This document shows, piece after piece, positions 48,321 through 61,045 of a DNA stretch of 64,000 bases (within the stretch, counting starts at the first letter, position 1; each line of letters opens with the position of its first letter). The notes beneath the pieces are model-generated. The model was given only the letters and a program-made list of their open reading frames with translations. It did no database searches and was not told where the DNA came from. The translations under genes were made by a program, and so were the position numbers. The stretch spans positions 28,894,001 through 28,958,000 of the forward strand of contig NC_045697.1 in NCBI RefSeq assembly GCF_009834535.1, in the 5' to 3' direction. This DNA comes from Camelus ferus. Lineage: Eukaryota.

Positions 48321-49934
48321 GTAAGATTTTTACTTCATTAAAAATATTTCTTCAGAGTCAAAAGAAATCTTTCCGAATTTATTTAGCTTTTATTATAGGC
48401 TAAACATAGCAATTACTCAGTTCTGCCTGTTGTAAAGTATGGGGAAGGGGGTTTGCTCTGATACCCAACTACCACCTTCCCCAAGTCCTAACAAGATGCA
48501 TAGTTTTTGAAACATTAAAAGTTATAGTAGTTGGCTTTTTGGTTTTCCAGATATTCTCCGAGAGAATTCATATGCTTGTAACTGCTATGACTGAGCTCAA
48601 ATATTTGGGTAGTTTAAATATCTCCCTGTTTGATGAAGTAAATCTAAAGATTCTCTAAGTTGTACAAATACGAGTTTTAAAAATTTCTAATTCAGAAAAG
48701 AAACAGAACCAAAATCCACATGATACAGTTTCAGATCTGAATTTCTAACTTGTTCATTTCACCTATTCCCAATGTAAAATTTCTAAAAGTGGTATATGAT
48801 GTATAAGTATATATTTTTAAATTCGATTAAACTTAGTTTTTGAGGTGGTTTGATTTGGAGACATGCTGTGACGTACCAGTCAGTAGCCTGGGTCATAACT
48901 AAATAAAGTTTGGGAAATCACTGGGTTTGGGTTTTTTTCCCCCACTAAATTAAAGCTGCCATTGAAATATTCAACTAAACAACAAGTAGTCAATAATCAC
49001 ATATTCATTCTAAGCTGGTGCTGTGGAGGATATAAGAAATGTAAAGAATTCTCTATTTTGAAGGACCTTATAATCTAGTAGTCGGGGTAAGAACTAAAAT
49101 TCAGGAGGCACTACAAGATGGGAATTAAGGGTCGCGTTGGGTGGCTGTAGGCTGTAAGAGTTATAGGAGTTCGGAGAATAAGATTTGAGGGTAGGCTGGA
49201 GTTGTCTGGAAGACATGGGCCTTGAAAAGATAAGAGAATTGAGTCGACTGAGAAGGAGGACTGTGTGGTCAAAGGCACAAAGGCGAGATGTACTGGGAGA
49301 CAACCAGTCTAGTTGAGGAGATTGGCCTGAGAAAAGAAGAAAATTAGTTTTACATATGGGCAGAAAATAAGCTTGGAAAATTAAGATGTAGACAGATTAT
49401 GGAGGGCCTTGAGAGACTGCTGAGGAGAAGAGGCTCTATTCAGTGGTTTTCTGGTCTCTTTGGGCCATCAGGCTCTTTTTCCTCTGCTTTCGTAGCTCCA
49501 GCAGAATTCCATGTGGGGGGTTGCCTGGGGGTCCTCCCTCCTCATGCTTGGGGCTGTGTTGTGCATCTCCGTGTCTGTGACCCTTCACCTCCCTCTCCCC
49601 ACTCTCTCCCCCAGTACACCACCCATGCTGAGAAAGCCTTGTGTGGCTTGGGGTACCTGTAAGACCTCCATTTCTGGGTACTACATTTTAAGGAGGCCTT
49701 TCAATCATCCGGTAATTAAAATGGCTTTCCCCTTGGAAGGACAAGTTGGCTGTCCAGTTACAGGCAAGTCTTTACTCTTCAAACACCAGAACAAGAATTC
49801 CATGAACTATGTATGGTTTCCCTTGCGTGTCTGAATGAGAGGTGGTGGATTTGCTTCCGCTCCTTTCCTAATGATTCAGAGCACTTTTTTTTTTTTTCCT
49901 GAGCCATGAAATATCTGTGTTCACGTAATAACAA

Positions 49935-50210
49935 AGATACAGCGTGGTGAATAAGAACCCAGACTTTGGAGCCAGATTGCCTTGTGTTGAATCCTGGTGC
50001 TCTTGCTTCTGATCTATGAGAACCTCAGACATGTTACTTAACTTCTTCAATCCTCAGATATTAAAAAACAAAAATCTGTAAAGTAGCTCTAACAATAACT
50101 GGAAATATCTACTCCAGAGGGTTGTTGTAGGGATAAAATGAGATAAAAATATGTAAAGCATTTAGCCTAGTGCCTGGCATAAAATAAACTCTCAGTAAAT
50201 ATAGCTATTA
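49935..50210 (+). mobile_element. MIR SINE
   Basis: agcgtggtgaataagaacccagactttggagccagattgcc...atgtaaagcatttagcctagtgcctggca. Confidence 0.85.
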
Positions 50211-51294
50211 TGAGTCTTACCAAGGCTGGGAACATTAGAATGAAGATAATATATGGTTGCTGGCTTGGGAACAAGATAGCTGTAAAGTGACTTTTGTAAT
50301 TCCAGTAAAGTGGGGGTGAAGGTAGAGGCTGGGGATTAATATTTTTGGAGCACCAAGCATGGATTAGGCACAGGGCTGGATGTTTTATAGCAAAAATGCA
50401 TATGAAAAAAGGAAAACAAGATTAGAAATTGACTTTTTAAGCCTTTCCATAGCAAATTCTCACTTAGAGGACAACTCTCTGAGTGACTGCTGTGTTATTT
50501 GTGGACATCTGTGGATAATGCTCTCTGAATGCTCTGAGTGGAATTATAGAGTACTTGGAGTTAGAGGCAAGAGGGTGACTCTTCTTCCTTGGCCAGTTTA
50601 AGTTAAATTATTTATTTTATGTTATATATTTTAATTTTAGTGTTAACAAGGAACAGCTGAAAAAAACACTTCTATTCAGGAGTTGGGACCGTTTTGACAA
50701 TAAATAACCAAAGTGCTTATTTGGGTTCTGGATGCTTGGGTGTGGGTGAAAGCCAAGATTAAAAAGCACCCTGCTTTCCTGTTCCACTCTTTTTTCAGGT
50801 CATAGATTCTTTAGGATTAGTAAGTGGCCTTTAAAAATGCAAATATGATTTATATGTTCATTATTCAGAGGATTCTCAATTATACATGTAGATTACTTTG
50901 GTCAAATCGTAATACTGTTTTTCTTTCTAGAGCCCCACTAATGTCATGAGGGAGGAGATCTGGGGGTTCTTTGTATGGAAGGGGGTGGACACAAGTCAGG
51001 ATGGGGCGGCAAAGTGGAGTCTGCTGGAAGGCAGCAGGGCAGTATTGAGTCTGGGTTGGGCAGTGAGAGCAAGGGGGTGCGGGTGGCAGAGATGGAAAGG
51101 GTGAACAGAGAGAGGGGAAGGTGCCAGAATTAAGGCTGCCCCTCTGCGGCTCTTCAGTCATTTGACTCCAGCAGTTGCTTGACTGTCCTGAGTAACTTCT
51201 CGATGCCTTAAATAAGACATTGTCATACTGTTGTTCCCTGGATGTGGACCACAGTTCAGAGATGGTTTGATTTGTCTGGTTCTGGCCTAGAATC

Positions 51295-51475
51295 GTAGTT
51301 CCTTAAGCTGGCTGGACATCAAAATCCCTTGGAAAGCTTTTCAAAAATACCAATTCTCATGTATCACACCCAGCCCTGGAGTGGGGTCCAGGAATCTGTA
51401 TCATAAAAATGCAAATGTTTTTCTTCCAGGTGACTTGTTGTTGTTCTACAGGTGAGCATCTGGGAGCCATTAATC
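51295..51475. mobile_element. MER5-like hAT DNA transposon; similar copies at ~53515-53725 and ~61410-61580
   Basis: catcaaaatcccttggaaagcttttcaaaaatacc..ggggtccaggaatctgtat..ccaggtgact. Confidence 0.6.
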
Positions 51476-52377
51476 CAGAACTCTCCTACCAGGGCACCAG
51501 GCACTGAGATGATAAGTTGAGTAAGTGCTGAAATGAGGTAAAATGATCTTCCTTCTATTATGAATAATAACGTCACACAAAAACATTTTCTTTCGTTTAG
51601 AATTTATCTCTTAGGAGAATTCCTGGGAGTGGGATGATTCAGTCAAGGATGTGAGCATGTTTAGAGTCTTTGTCAACTGTACTTACATTTTAACAAGCAA
51701 ATGTGGGTGCCACTTAAAAATTCTAAAGTGTTCTATACATGTAGAGGCTATTCAGTAGTACTCAGAGAAAGCCCAAAGAAAAGAATTTGCTTTCCTGGGA
51801 AGAAATGCCAAACCTCTCTATGTCTCTTTTTCAGTAAAACAGAAAACTAATAAATTACTTTTAGAAGAAAAATTCCAAGCATTACAGAATGCTCAATTGC
51901 TTATTAGAGCGTAAGTTAGAGTCTTCTTATCACTACACTTGTTTCTTGTAAAGTTGAAGTCAGCAGTGACCTCTTCCCCATTTCGTAGAAAAGAAAACCA
52001 AGGAAGAGAGTGGTTAACATGGTTCTCATCACATTTGCCATGAGAACTATATACAGTCATCCATTCATTGTTTGAGTAAATAAATGGGTGAGTAGTTGTT
52101 ATAGGTGATCCATGGAAAAACACTAGTAAAATGAACACATGAAGAGAGTATTGTCCGAACTGGGGGAGGATGGGCAGAATTAATTGATCCAGGTAGACCT
52201 CCTGCTCTATCTTTTTTTGTATTATGTTTTATTCATTATGTGTTATCATAATCTGCTAACTGAAAAGCATGGTTATTGCTTCTGACACAGATGGAATAAG
52301 ATGAATTTTCAATGACTTCAATGTAAAAAAAAAAAAAAAAAAGATGTGCTTTTGCAAAATACCAAGTAAGATATATC

Positions 52378-52818
52378 CAGCGGTGTGCAGGAGCCTGCCT
52401 GTATTTGCTTGCAAGAGCTGATGGTAATATTTACAGAAATTTCACAAGCCAGTGGTTAAACACAATCACTATTGAAAATTAAAAAAAAATTCTATAAATC
52501 AAAGTTACATTAATTATATTAAAAATAAAGGTAATACTCAAAACTCATTACTTCCCAATTATTTACCACATTTGACTATTATCTATGCTCTTGAAGTTAG
52601 CTACTTCAGATTATCTGTGTGAAAGAAATATTATACAATGGCATGCTATTAAGCATCTCTTTCCAACTCTGCATTGTGGTGTCATATTTGTAACCTGAAA
52701 CTGGCCATGGTGGGACTATTTACACCACAAAAATTGGCTAACACTGTAAATTAGGCTCTCCACATTTTTTTTTTAAGGCAAGGCTATTAAATAAACATTT
52801 AGCAGCATATCATCACTG
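52378..52818. mobile_element. MER63-like hAT-Blackjack DNA transposon
   Basis: Termini cagcggtgtgc...gcatatcatcactg, with internal gaaactggccatggtgggactatttacaccac. Confidence 0.75.
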
Positions 52819-53771
52819 AGGAAATGTGTAAAACACAATCATGGCAACTTGGCAATATGTGTCAAGAGCCATTAAAATGCTCATATACTTTAATCCATTA
52901 ATTCTACCTCTGGGAATTTATTCTAAATAAATAATTTAAAGAAGGAAATAATAACATGACAAACACATTCACTGTATTGTTATTATACCAGAAAAATCTG
53001 AAAATATTAAGCAAAAGTGATTCTGGCAGCACTAACTCCATGGAATATTTTGTGGTCATTACAGGTCATGGTTATAGTTAGGATAGTTATGAAAATATAT
53101 TTGATTTGATGTTAAGTTAGAAAATCAGGACTAAAATTTGCACTTACATTCTGGTTTCATTTTGAATGAGGATTAAACGTGTGTAAAAAAATGAAAGCTT
53201 TTGGTGTGTTAGAATGGTGAAATAGTAGAATTTTGTTCTTACTTCATGCATTGTAGGTGTGGTGTGTGTGCATTAAAAAAATGTGGAGAAAGCCTGTAGA
53301 TAAGTGATCTTAAGTAGTTTTAATATTTAAAGGGAAGGCTTTGAGGAGTTTTGTGGACCAGATGAGGCTTGCTTTTGCCATGTAGATGTGGACAATGAGT
53401 CCCTGGGGAGGGTACAGTAAAGGGAGTTAGGATCCTGGCAGGCTGGAGTGGTGGATGCTAAGGAGGTTTCATTAGGGCCAGTCAGGAAGAAGAGATTGAC
53501 TGTGTATGGGAAAATAGTTCTTCTAAATAAAAGTTTTCACATTTTAGTGTGTTTAAGAGTCACCTGGATGGATGGGGGCCATGGTAACAAAAGTGGCTTC
53601 CACCTCCATGGATTCTGATCCAGTTGGTCTGGAGGCCAGCAGGAATATGCATATTTAACAAATATTCCCATCTCATAAAGATTCTGATATAGATGGTCTG
53701 CAGATCATCCTCTGAGGAATACTACTGGATTAAAGTTAATAGTTTGGGTTGACCCAGGGAACGTGTATCTA

Positions 53772-53795
53772 TGTGTGTGTGTGTGTGTGTGTGTT
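53772..53795. repeat. (TG)n microsatellite
   Basis: About 11 TG units. Confidence 0.9.
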
Positions 53796-56700
53796 TATTT
53801 GTGTGTTGAGGGGTGAGCCTGTTACCATGAGGCTTAGGATCGAAGGGCTTACGATGTAAAAGAGATGTGACGACAGAGAAAACCGAGAACAGACAAGTTA
53901 TTGTGTTGAATCTGTAGAAAAAAACTAAAAACAGGAGGCCGTACTTGTAATACTTCCTTAAAGGGGAATACAGTTTGCGCCACAAAATTCTCCTCTACTG
54001 TTAAGTAACTGCTGTCAAGTATTTGGAAGTAGCTGTAAACAGGGAAACTACACAGGGGAAGCACAGAGATAAATGGTCATAGGGAGAGTCAAGGACCCAT
54101 GAATACTTTAACATCAAATCACTGGGAGGTGGTAATCAAGAATGAACCTGAGATATGTGGTGCTACGTTCAGAACACATTTGGGCCTCAGTGTATGATAA
54201 TATCATGTTAAAGAGGGGTAGGAGTCTAATTTTTGATGAAATGTAGTACTTTATATATAGAACTGTAGCACTCAAAGTAGTAATAACAATTAGACAGATG
54301 CTGTGGCAACAACATATGTACCACAGAACAAACATATTGAAAGTAAATGTTGCAGTAGCAGAAGCCATGGTCCCGAGACTACGTACCCCCCTGGCTTTAG
54401 AACTTTAGTGATAGTGGTAAGCTCTCAAATCGCCTTTAACATCTTGGATTCTTACACCTTTACACTGAAGGTTCATTAACTTCAAAAAAGGTTTCATATT
54501 CTCTATCATCGAGGTCGCTAATCTCTTGGGACATGACCTGATAAATCAAGGACAAATCAACAGTATTCCTGAGTTTGGAAGGCATAACTGAATGTCTGTT
54601 GGATGTGCAAGGGCCCAGCACCCGAAGTCAGACCTCTTTCTACCAGCATCTGCTGACTGTCCTGTTCCCCACTTAACAGGGCTTTGCATGGACTAATTGG
54701 CTCACACTTCAGAGCAGTGTTTCCTAATCACTTTTTTTGGCCGCAGATTCCTTTGAGAATCTGATGAGCACCAAAGACCTTCTCCCTGAGGAACAGCACA
54801 TGTCCAGGGACATGCACGTTTACCATACACTTCTAAGAGATTTAGGGATCCTGTAAATTGCACCTGCCGTAGTCCAAAATCATATTAAGAAATCTTGCTT
54901 CAAGGCTATCAATACAGCAGAGGGAGACTTGCAGGGGTTGAGAAAGTTCTGGTTATTGCTGATGTCAGATTTAGTTGCTAAAGACAAATACTGACTCTCC
55001 GGTTGATGGCGAACATGAGGACAAGATGGTGGATAGTGTGTCATTTTACAGCACTGCATGCTTACGTTGGGTAAACATGCAGGGCTAGAGCTGGTTCTTC
55101 TCAGAGTACATAAGATGAATGTCCTAAGTCCTAATTCTGAATTCTCTTATGTGAAGCCAGGATCAGTTCCCACTTGAGAAAACAGTCTCTAATTCTACTT
55201 TAACGCCTTCTTTACTGTCATATTGTACCTTGGATGGCACAAGAAATGCAGGCAGGTTGTAAAAATCGATCTGGCCAACTCCAGAGTGTGGTGAATGGTA
55301 CTCAGGGACTACTGGGTACCCAGCCAGGCTGCTTTTAGAGGTGAAGGCATTAGCAGGTGTGTAATGTACTTGCTTCTGAGGGTAAAATGTTGGTTTTCCT
55401 ATCTGAAGCTAAACATCTGTTTGGGCCCTGATGACTTTGGAGATAGTCCTTTTCCTGTGTAGTCTTTAGACCACAGAAGCCCACTTGGCCATCTTCTGTT
55501 AGTGGGTACTTGATTTGCAATTCAGGGAACTGGCTGTTTTCGGCAAAAACTCATGGCATTGTTAATCTCTTGTCCACCTGAATGGTGATAAGGGCTTAGG
55601 CAGGGTGTCGAAATTTACCCCAAATCTGTCTGTTTAAATTAGCCAACTCTGTTAAAAGTGATAAAACCATATTATCATGTCATGTTAATAGAGTGAGGGA
55701 GATAGAGGATGGGGAGGGGAAATTCACCCTGTCTTCAGCCCTCCAGAGAAAAAGTATGAGCAACTGGCAAAAAAATGAGTCAGGCTTCTCTTAGTCTGGC
55801 ATGGTGTAAGATAGAAAAGGAAAATCCGTAGCAAATACATTCCAGTAATTAGTGACCTGACCTTCTGCAACCATTTAAATTATTGTACACCATGACTAGG
55901 TCTTCTTCCAATTTCAATTCAGTGTACTCAATCTATTTTTCAAAGTATTCAGTGTATTTTAATTGAATACATTTAATGCATTTTAATAGTAATACTGCAT
56001 CATAGAATCCTCAGTTATAGCCCACGAAACAGAAATATTCCACGTACATCACAGGACAGTGGCAAACTCTCCATCCCTCTTGTCTCCTGGAGACTGCATC
56101 CCCTGCGTGGCATTAAGCCTAGCAACCTAGTTGCTGATATGAGGAACCGACTGGCGTATATCTCTGCCTTGATGCTTTTCCCTTCTTTCAGAGGATCCTT
56201 TCTTTTGGGCAGGATCTCTACTTTGCCTTTGCTTTCCCCTAGTGCTATTCCAGCTGTTGCCTTCTTGAGTACTTCTAAATACACATATCTTATCATGACC
56301 CTTTTTCTCAATTGCCACAAAAAATTCTGCCTGCCTTTGTTCCAATCGTGAGCTGAAAATGATCTCAACTATAATTGAGAAGTGTAAGAACGCCTGTGAT
56401 GATTCCTTATAATATGGAAAAGGAAAGCCATATATTTGGATTTAAATTTAAATTTAATTTAAATGATTTAAATGGTGTAAAACCACTGTCATCAGCTACA
56501 AAAACACTTAGAGGTCTAGAAATCCCACTTGGTATACTTTTTTGGTGGTAAAACCTGATTTTCCTCAAACCCCAATGTCTTTGGGCAGTAATTTGCTGTA
56601 ATTTATGTTGATAGTCTTTCTTTCTCTCTTCCTTTTCCTGAGATAAGCAGTAGAAGAGGGTGTAGGACATATATACAGGAAACAGGAGACGAAAAGGCAG

Positions 56701-59284
56701 AAAAACCTTACATGTCGACGGTACCACAATTTCCTACATTTACTAAGATGATATTGTCACTATATTCCTATACACAGAATATCCTATAATATCAGAGAAA
56801 TATCCGTAATAATGTTGACTTTAAAAATATAACAGTAATACACTCTTCATTGTAGCAAATGTGGCATATGCCTTTAACCTAAATATACATGTATACATTT
56901 TATTTCTGAGTACTCAAATTTTTTCATTTTAAAAACACCATCATGCTAGCGCTTTCCATCCAAAATGTGCAGAATCTATAGAAAGAAGCTTAAAGTAAAC
57001 ATTGCTTCTTAATATAATAGAAATACAGCTGATGTTCAAATGGATCACTTGAATTAATGAAGGGCAAGCAACTATGGTATCTTTCCTGAGTCCTGTAACT
57101 AATTTTTCTTTCTTTTCATCCTCTACATCTCAGGAAAAGCGATTTCAAAATGTAGACTGTGAGAATGTTTCTATTAAATTTTACAGCCATGAAGATACAG
57201 AGGCAGTTTTGGCATGGCAGCCAGGGAGTTCTATGTAAAACTTGGACCAAAAGTTCAAAACCCAAACCAACAGTTTTGGATTTCCCCAAGGGCTACTCAG
57301 TTGACATGCCATCCAGGAAAGGCCCAACACACACAGATATGGAAGGAAAAACAAAAGTTTCTCTTCCAACAGGGGCTAGACTCTTGTGGTTTTCAGTTTA
57401 GAAACTAGATTGTGCAATTGTTCTCATGAAAAAAAGTTAACAGCTCTTCAGCTTAAGCTCGTGTTCAATTTTTTTTTTCGACCTGCGACCAGTCAAACGT
57501 ATCAAGTTATATTATCTTAAAGCTTCCTTTTATTTACTGGTCCTTTCTTTAGAGGGCTGAAATGATCGTACTTTAAAATTTTTCCTACATTCATTCACAC
57601 TATGTGGAGGTGATATATCCTTCCTTTATATATTTGGTCATGATTGGCCTTATTTCTCAACAGGTATGTAGCTCATTATTTTATCTACCAATTATAATTA
57701 CTTTTCACTTCTTTTGCCAATTTTGAGAGTGCTTAAAAATTCCTAAGTACTAGATCTTTAACAAATTAATGACTAGAGTAAAACGCAGGATAAACAATAA
57801 GACAAAGTTACTTGCCTTCACATTCTTTTATAGTCTAATCAAGAACTTTTAGATTCTTTATCAAGTTTTTCCTTTTTTTATAAAATATTGGTGAAAGTAC
57901 AATCTATAAACAGTATCACCAGTCAAGGGAAAAAAATTCAGTGATCCTTTCTTTTCACCACTTAATATGCTCTGGTCTAAATTATTATTTTGAATTATTT
58001 TAGATGGCTCTAGAAAGGCTTCTTTTCAGAAAAACTGCAAGTAACTAGGCAGGATGAATGAGTAGCTTTAAAACGTTCATGTCCTGTGGCTACTTCTAAG
58101 AATTATTCCTAAGAAAAAAATAAGTGTTTTATTATAAAAGCAAAGATTTTCAACATGATTTTTTAAATAATAGAAAAACCTAAAAATCATCTAAAATGTC
58201 CAACAGAAAGATATGATTAAATACATTATACTTAAGCCTATTAAATATTCATTAATATATTTTTTGAAGAATGTTTAATAAATGAAAAACTCAGAGCACA
58301 AAATTATATATATTTGTTTTAAAAGATCTATGTAGTTTTTGTACATGAATTAACAATATGGGGGTAGATGAACCAACATGTCAAAAGTTATCACCTAGTG
58401 TATGAGATTACATGTAATTTTAAACTGATTTTTATTTTTCCTGTATTTTCTGTGATTTGCATGCATTATTTTTATAATAAAAAGGTCAAAAATCTTTATT
58501 AAAAGAAAGCCAATTTATGGTGTGAGGTTAATAGTGAAACTAATAAAATGATTTTGATATAAGAATTATTTTGACATTTTTAAAAACCTAATGCTTGAAA
58601 GCCCTAAAGCTATAATTAAATTTTATCTTTTAAGATTTTTGAGGATCTTTAGATTTAGAGGGCTCTTGAGTCTCTTTTATCTTGAACCTTGATAAGCCAT
58701 AGAAAAATCACTTTTAATGAGAGATGTTGGAGTGTGTGGGGTGTATGCTTTTAAAATAAGAGAGAATTAGCTTTAGCTAGTGTCAGAATTTAAGTAAAAT
58801 ATAAAATATTCAAATGATGAATATAGATGATTATTTAAAATTTTTAACATGTGAAAAGATTCCCAAAGGGGTCCTTTAAGAAGCACATTCCTTATGCATC
58901 TTAAATATTTAATTTAGAAATAATTGACTTTCAAATATTTTGAAAGACATACCTACTAGGCAAATCATTATATATTCATTTTGGTATAAAGTAGGAAAAT
59001 TATCTTGAAGCCTTTCATGGCCATTTTGCTACACAGTAAAATCAAATATCTCAAAGTTTGTTCAATTCAAATGCCAAATATTAGTTGGAGTATTTTAAAA
59101 TTTGAAAGGTTGATTAGTGATGGGGAGCATTTTCCTTTTAAACAAGAGTGAAATCTCCTGTTTGCTTGTGTAATACTCTTGATCATACTTTACGTCTGTT
59201 TTTGTTTGTGCTTCTCTCTGGCTACGGTTTAACAATAATCCACGGTCATGTCAGACAAGCTGCTGCTCATGAGACAAGACACGA

Positions 59285-60137
59285 CATCAGTTAGCAATAC
59301 TTTCAGCTGCAAGTTATACAATCCCGGACTAACAGTAACTGACAAAAATCCGGATTCATTTCTCCCACGTAACAAGAAGTCTGGAAGTCTGTGTTTCTGC
59401 CACTGGTTCAGTGGCTCAATGATTCTGCCCCCACAGTCCTCAGGTCTTTCTTTCATCATGGTTGCAACATACAGATTCCAGCCTTGTCCTCCATCGAGAG
59501 GTGTGGAGTTGGGTAGAGGGGAAAAGGAGGCTGACCTGGCAGTGGCTGTTGCTTTTTCTAGGAAAACAAGAGTTTTCCCAGAGAGCTCCCAAACAGGTAT
59601 CAACTTTCTTGTCATTTCTACGACTGGGCTATATGGCCAGCCCAGCTGCAAGGAAGGTGAGGGAACAGGAAGTAGAATTGTTAAAATTGCCTTAGACCAG
59701 GCATCCTCTCCCCGGGGAGGGAGGGTGAGGACTGTGGTCAGAGTAGAGGGGTAGTGTGGAGGATGGGGTGAGGGTGGATGGGGTGGGGTGCTGTTCTCCT
59801 CCCTAAGGAGGAGAATGTTGTTTACTGGTGGGGAGGTAAGGCAGAAAAAAATCTTACTCTTTTTATGGATGAAAGCACAGATATACATACAATATATAAA
59901 CAGACGTGATATATATATGGTATTAAAATTTCATACGGGGGGTAATCTAGGAAAAAAGTGTATGAAAGTGCTCTGAGGCAGGTAATAATGAAAAAAAGTT
60001 TGAGAAATAGTGACCTAGACCAAGCATGATCCATTGCCTGAGGGTTTGCACATTGCATTACAAATAAAATTGGATTCTATTATTAATGACAAGGAGAAGC
60101 ACAGATACTGAGTAGAAAACTAATAGTGCCTGCCACA
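59285..60137. mobile_element. Old MLT1 LTR interrupted by a G-rich/hAT-like insert (~59700-60015)
   Basis: 5' part tcagttagcaatactttcagctgcaag..cccagctgcaaggaagg and 3' part aaaattggattctatta..aatagtgcctgccaca. Confidence 0.55.
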
Positions 60138-60398
60138 GATAATATCATAAGTTAAATTAAGGAACAACTTACATTATCTTGTAATTGGTGGCCTTCTCTC
60201 ATTACACTGTGAATTTCTTAAGAGTAGGAACTATCTTCTGTTCATCTTTGCATATTAGTACACTAGGCCCTCAGTATATGTATTTTGTAAGTTGAATGGA
60301 ACAAGTCATGTTTTACCTAATATATGTTTTGCAGCTGGACCAATGACCCCCAAACGCTAATTTGAACATATCTCCCCACCAAAGCATGCATTCCTTGC

Positions 60399-60495
60399 CT
60401 AGAGTTGCCAGACCCAGCAAATAAAAAAATAAGATACTAGTTAGATTTTGAATTTCAGATAAATAAAGATTTTTTTAGCCTAAGTATGTTTCATG
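60399..60495. mobile_element. MER53-like hAT fragment
   Basis: tagagttgccaga..agcaaataaaaa..tgaatttcagataaa..taagtatgt. Confidence 0.7.
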
Positions 60496-60659
60496 GCCTT
60501 TGGTAAAAACAACCTTTTTTGAAGAATGAATTAGAAAAAACAGACGTGTGGGAAATATCTGATACATAATCATGCTTATTGGCAAGCTGCTTTAATAGAT
60601 GTTGAGAACTTGCCTTTACAAGGAGAAAATGGCACTTTGGAGAAGTGAAGGTGTTGATT

Positions 60660-61045
60660 TAAAAAATGTTTTATTGTAAAAATTTTGAACATATCTTAAA
60701 GTCCTCATATTCCCATCCCCTAAGTCCAGCAATTGTCAAGATATTGTCATGTTTGTTTTGTCTTTTTTCCCTCTTTGCTGAAGTACTTAAGTAAATTCCA
60801 GACATCATGTCACTTTACCCATAGACGCTATGCATATCTAAAATCAAGAATATTTTCTTACACAATCATGCGGCCATTATCCCACCTAACAAAATTACAG
60901 TAATGCTTTGGAACCACCTAATACCCAATTCATAATCATAATTACCTGATTGTCTCAAACAGGCCTTTTTATAATTGGCTTATTTCATTCGGTATTTACA
61001 TAAATTCCATCCATTACATTGTTGTATCTCTTAAGTATCTTTAAT
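60660..61045 (-). mobile_element. Old L1MC 3' fragment
   Basis: aaattccagacatcatgtca..ttcttacacaatcat..ccattatcccacctaacaaaatta. Confidence 0.65.

Noticed and set aside
56015..56368. 117-aa minus-strand ORF in the RHOH intron
   Set aside because: Non-ATG start, no recognisable domain, and no poly(A) or TSD suggesting a retrocopy.
59229..59888. Overlapping 219-aa (-) and 168-aa (+) ORFs
   Set aside because: They span a decayed MLT1 LTR and a G-rich low-complexity tract. The Pro/His run simply reflects the G-runs.
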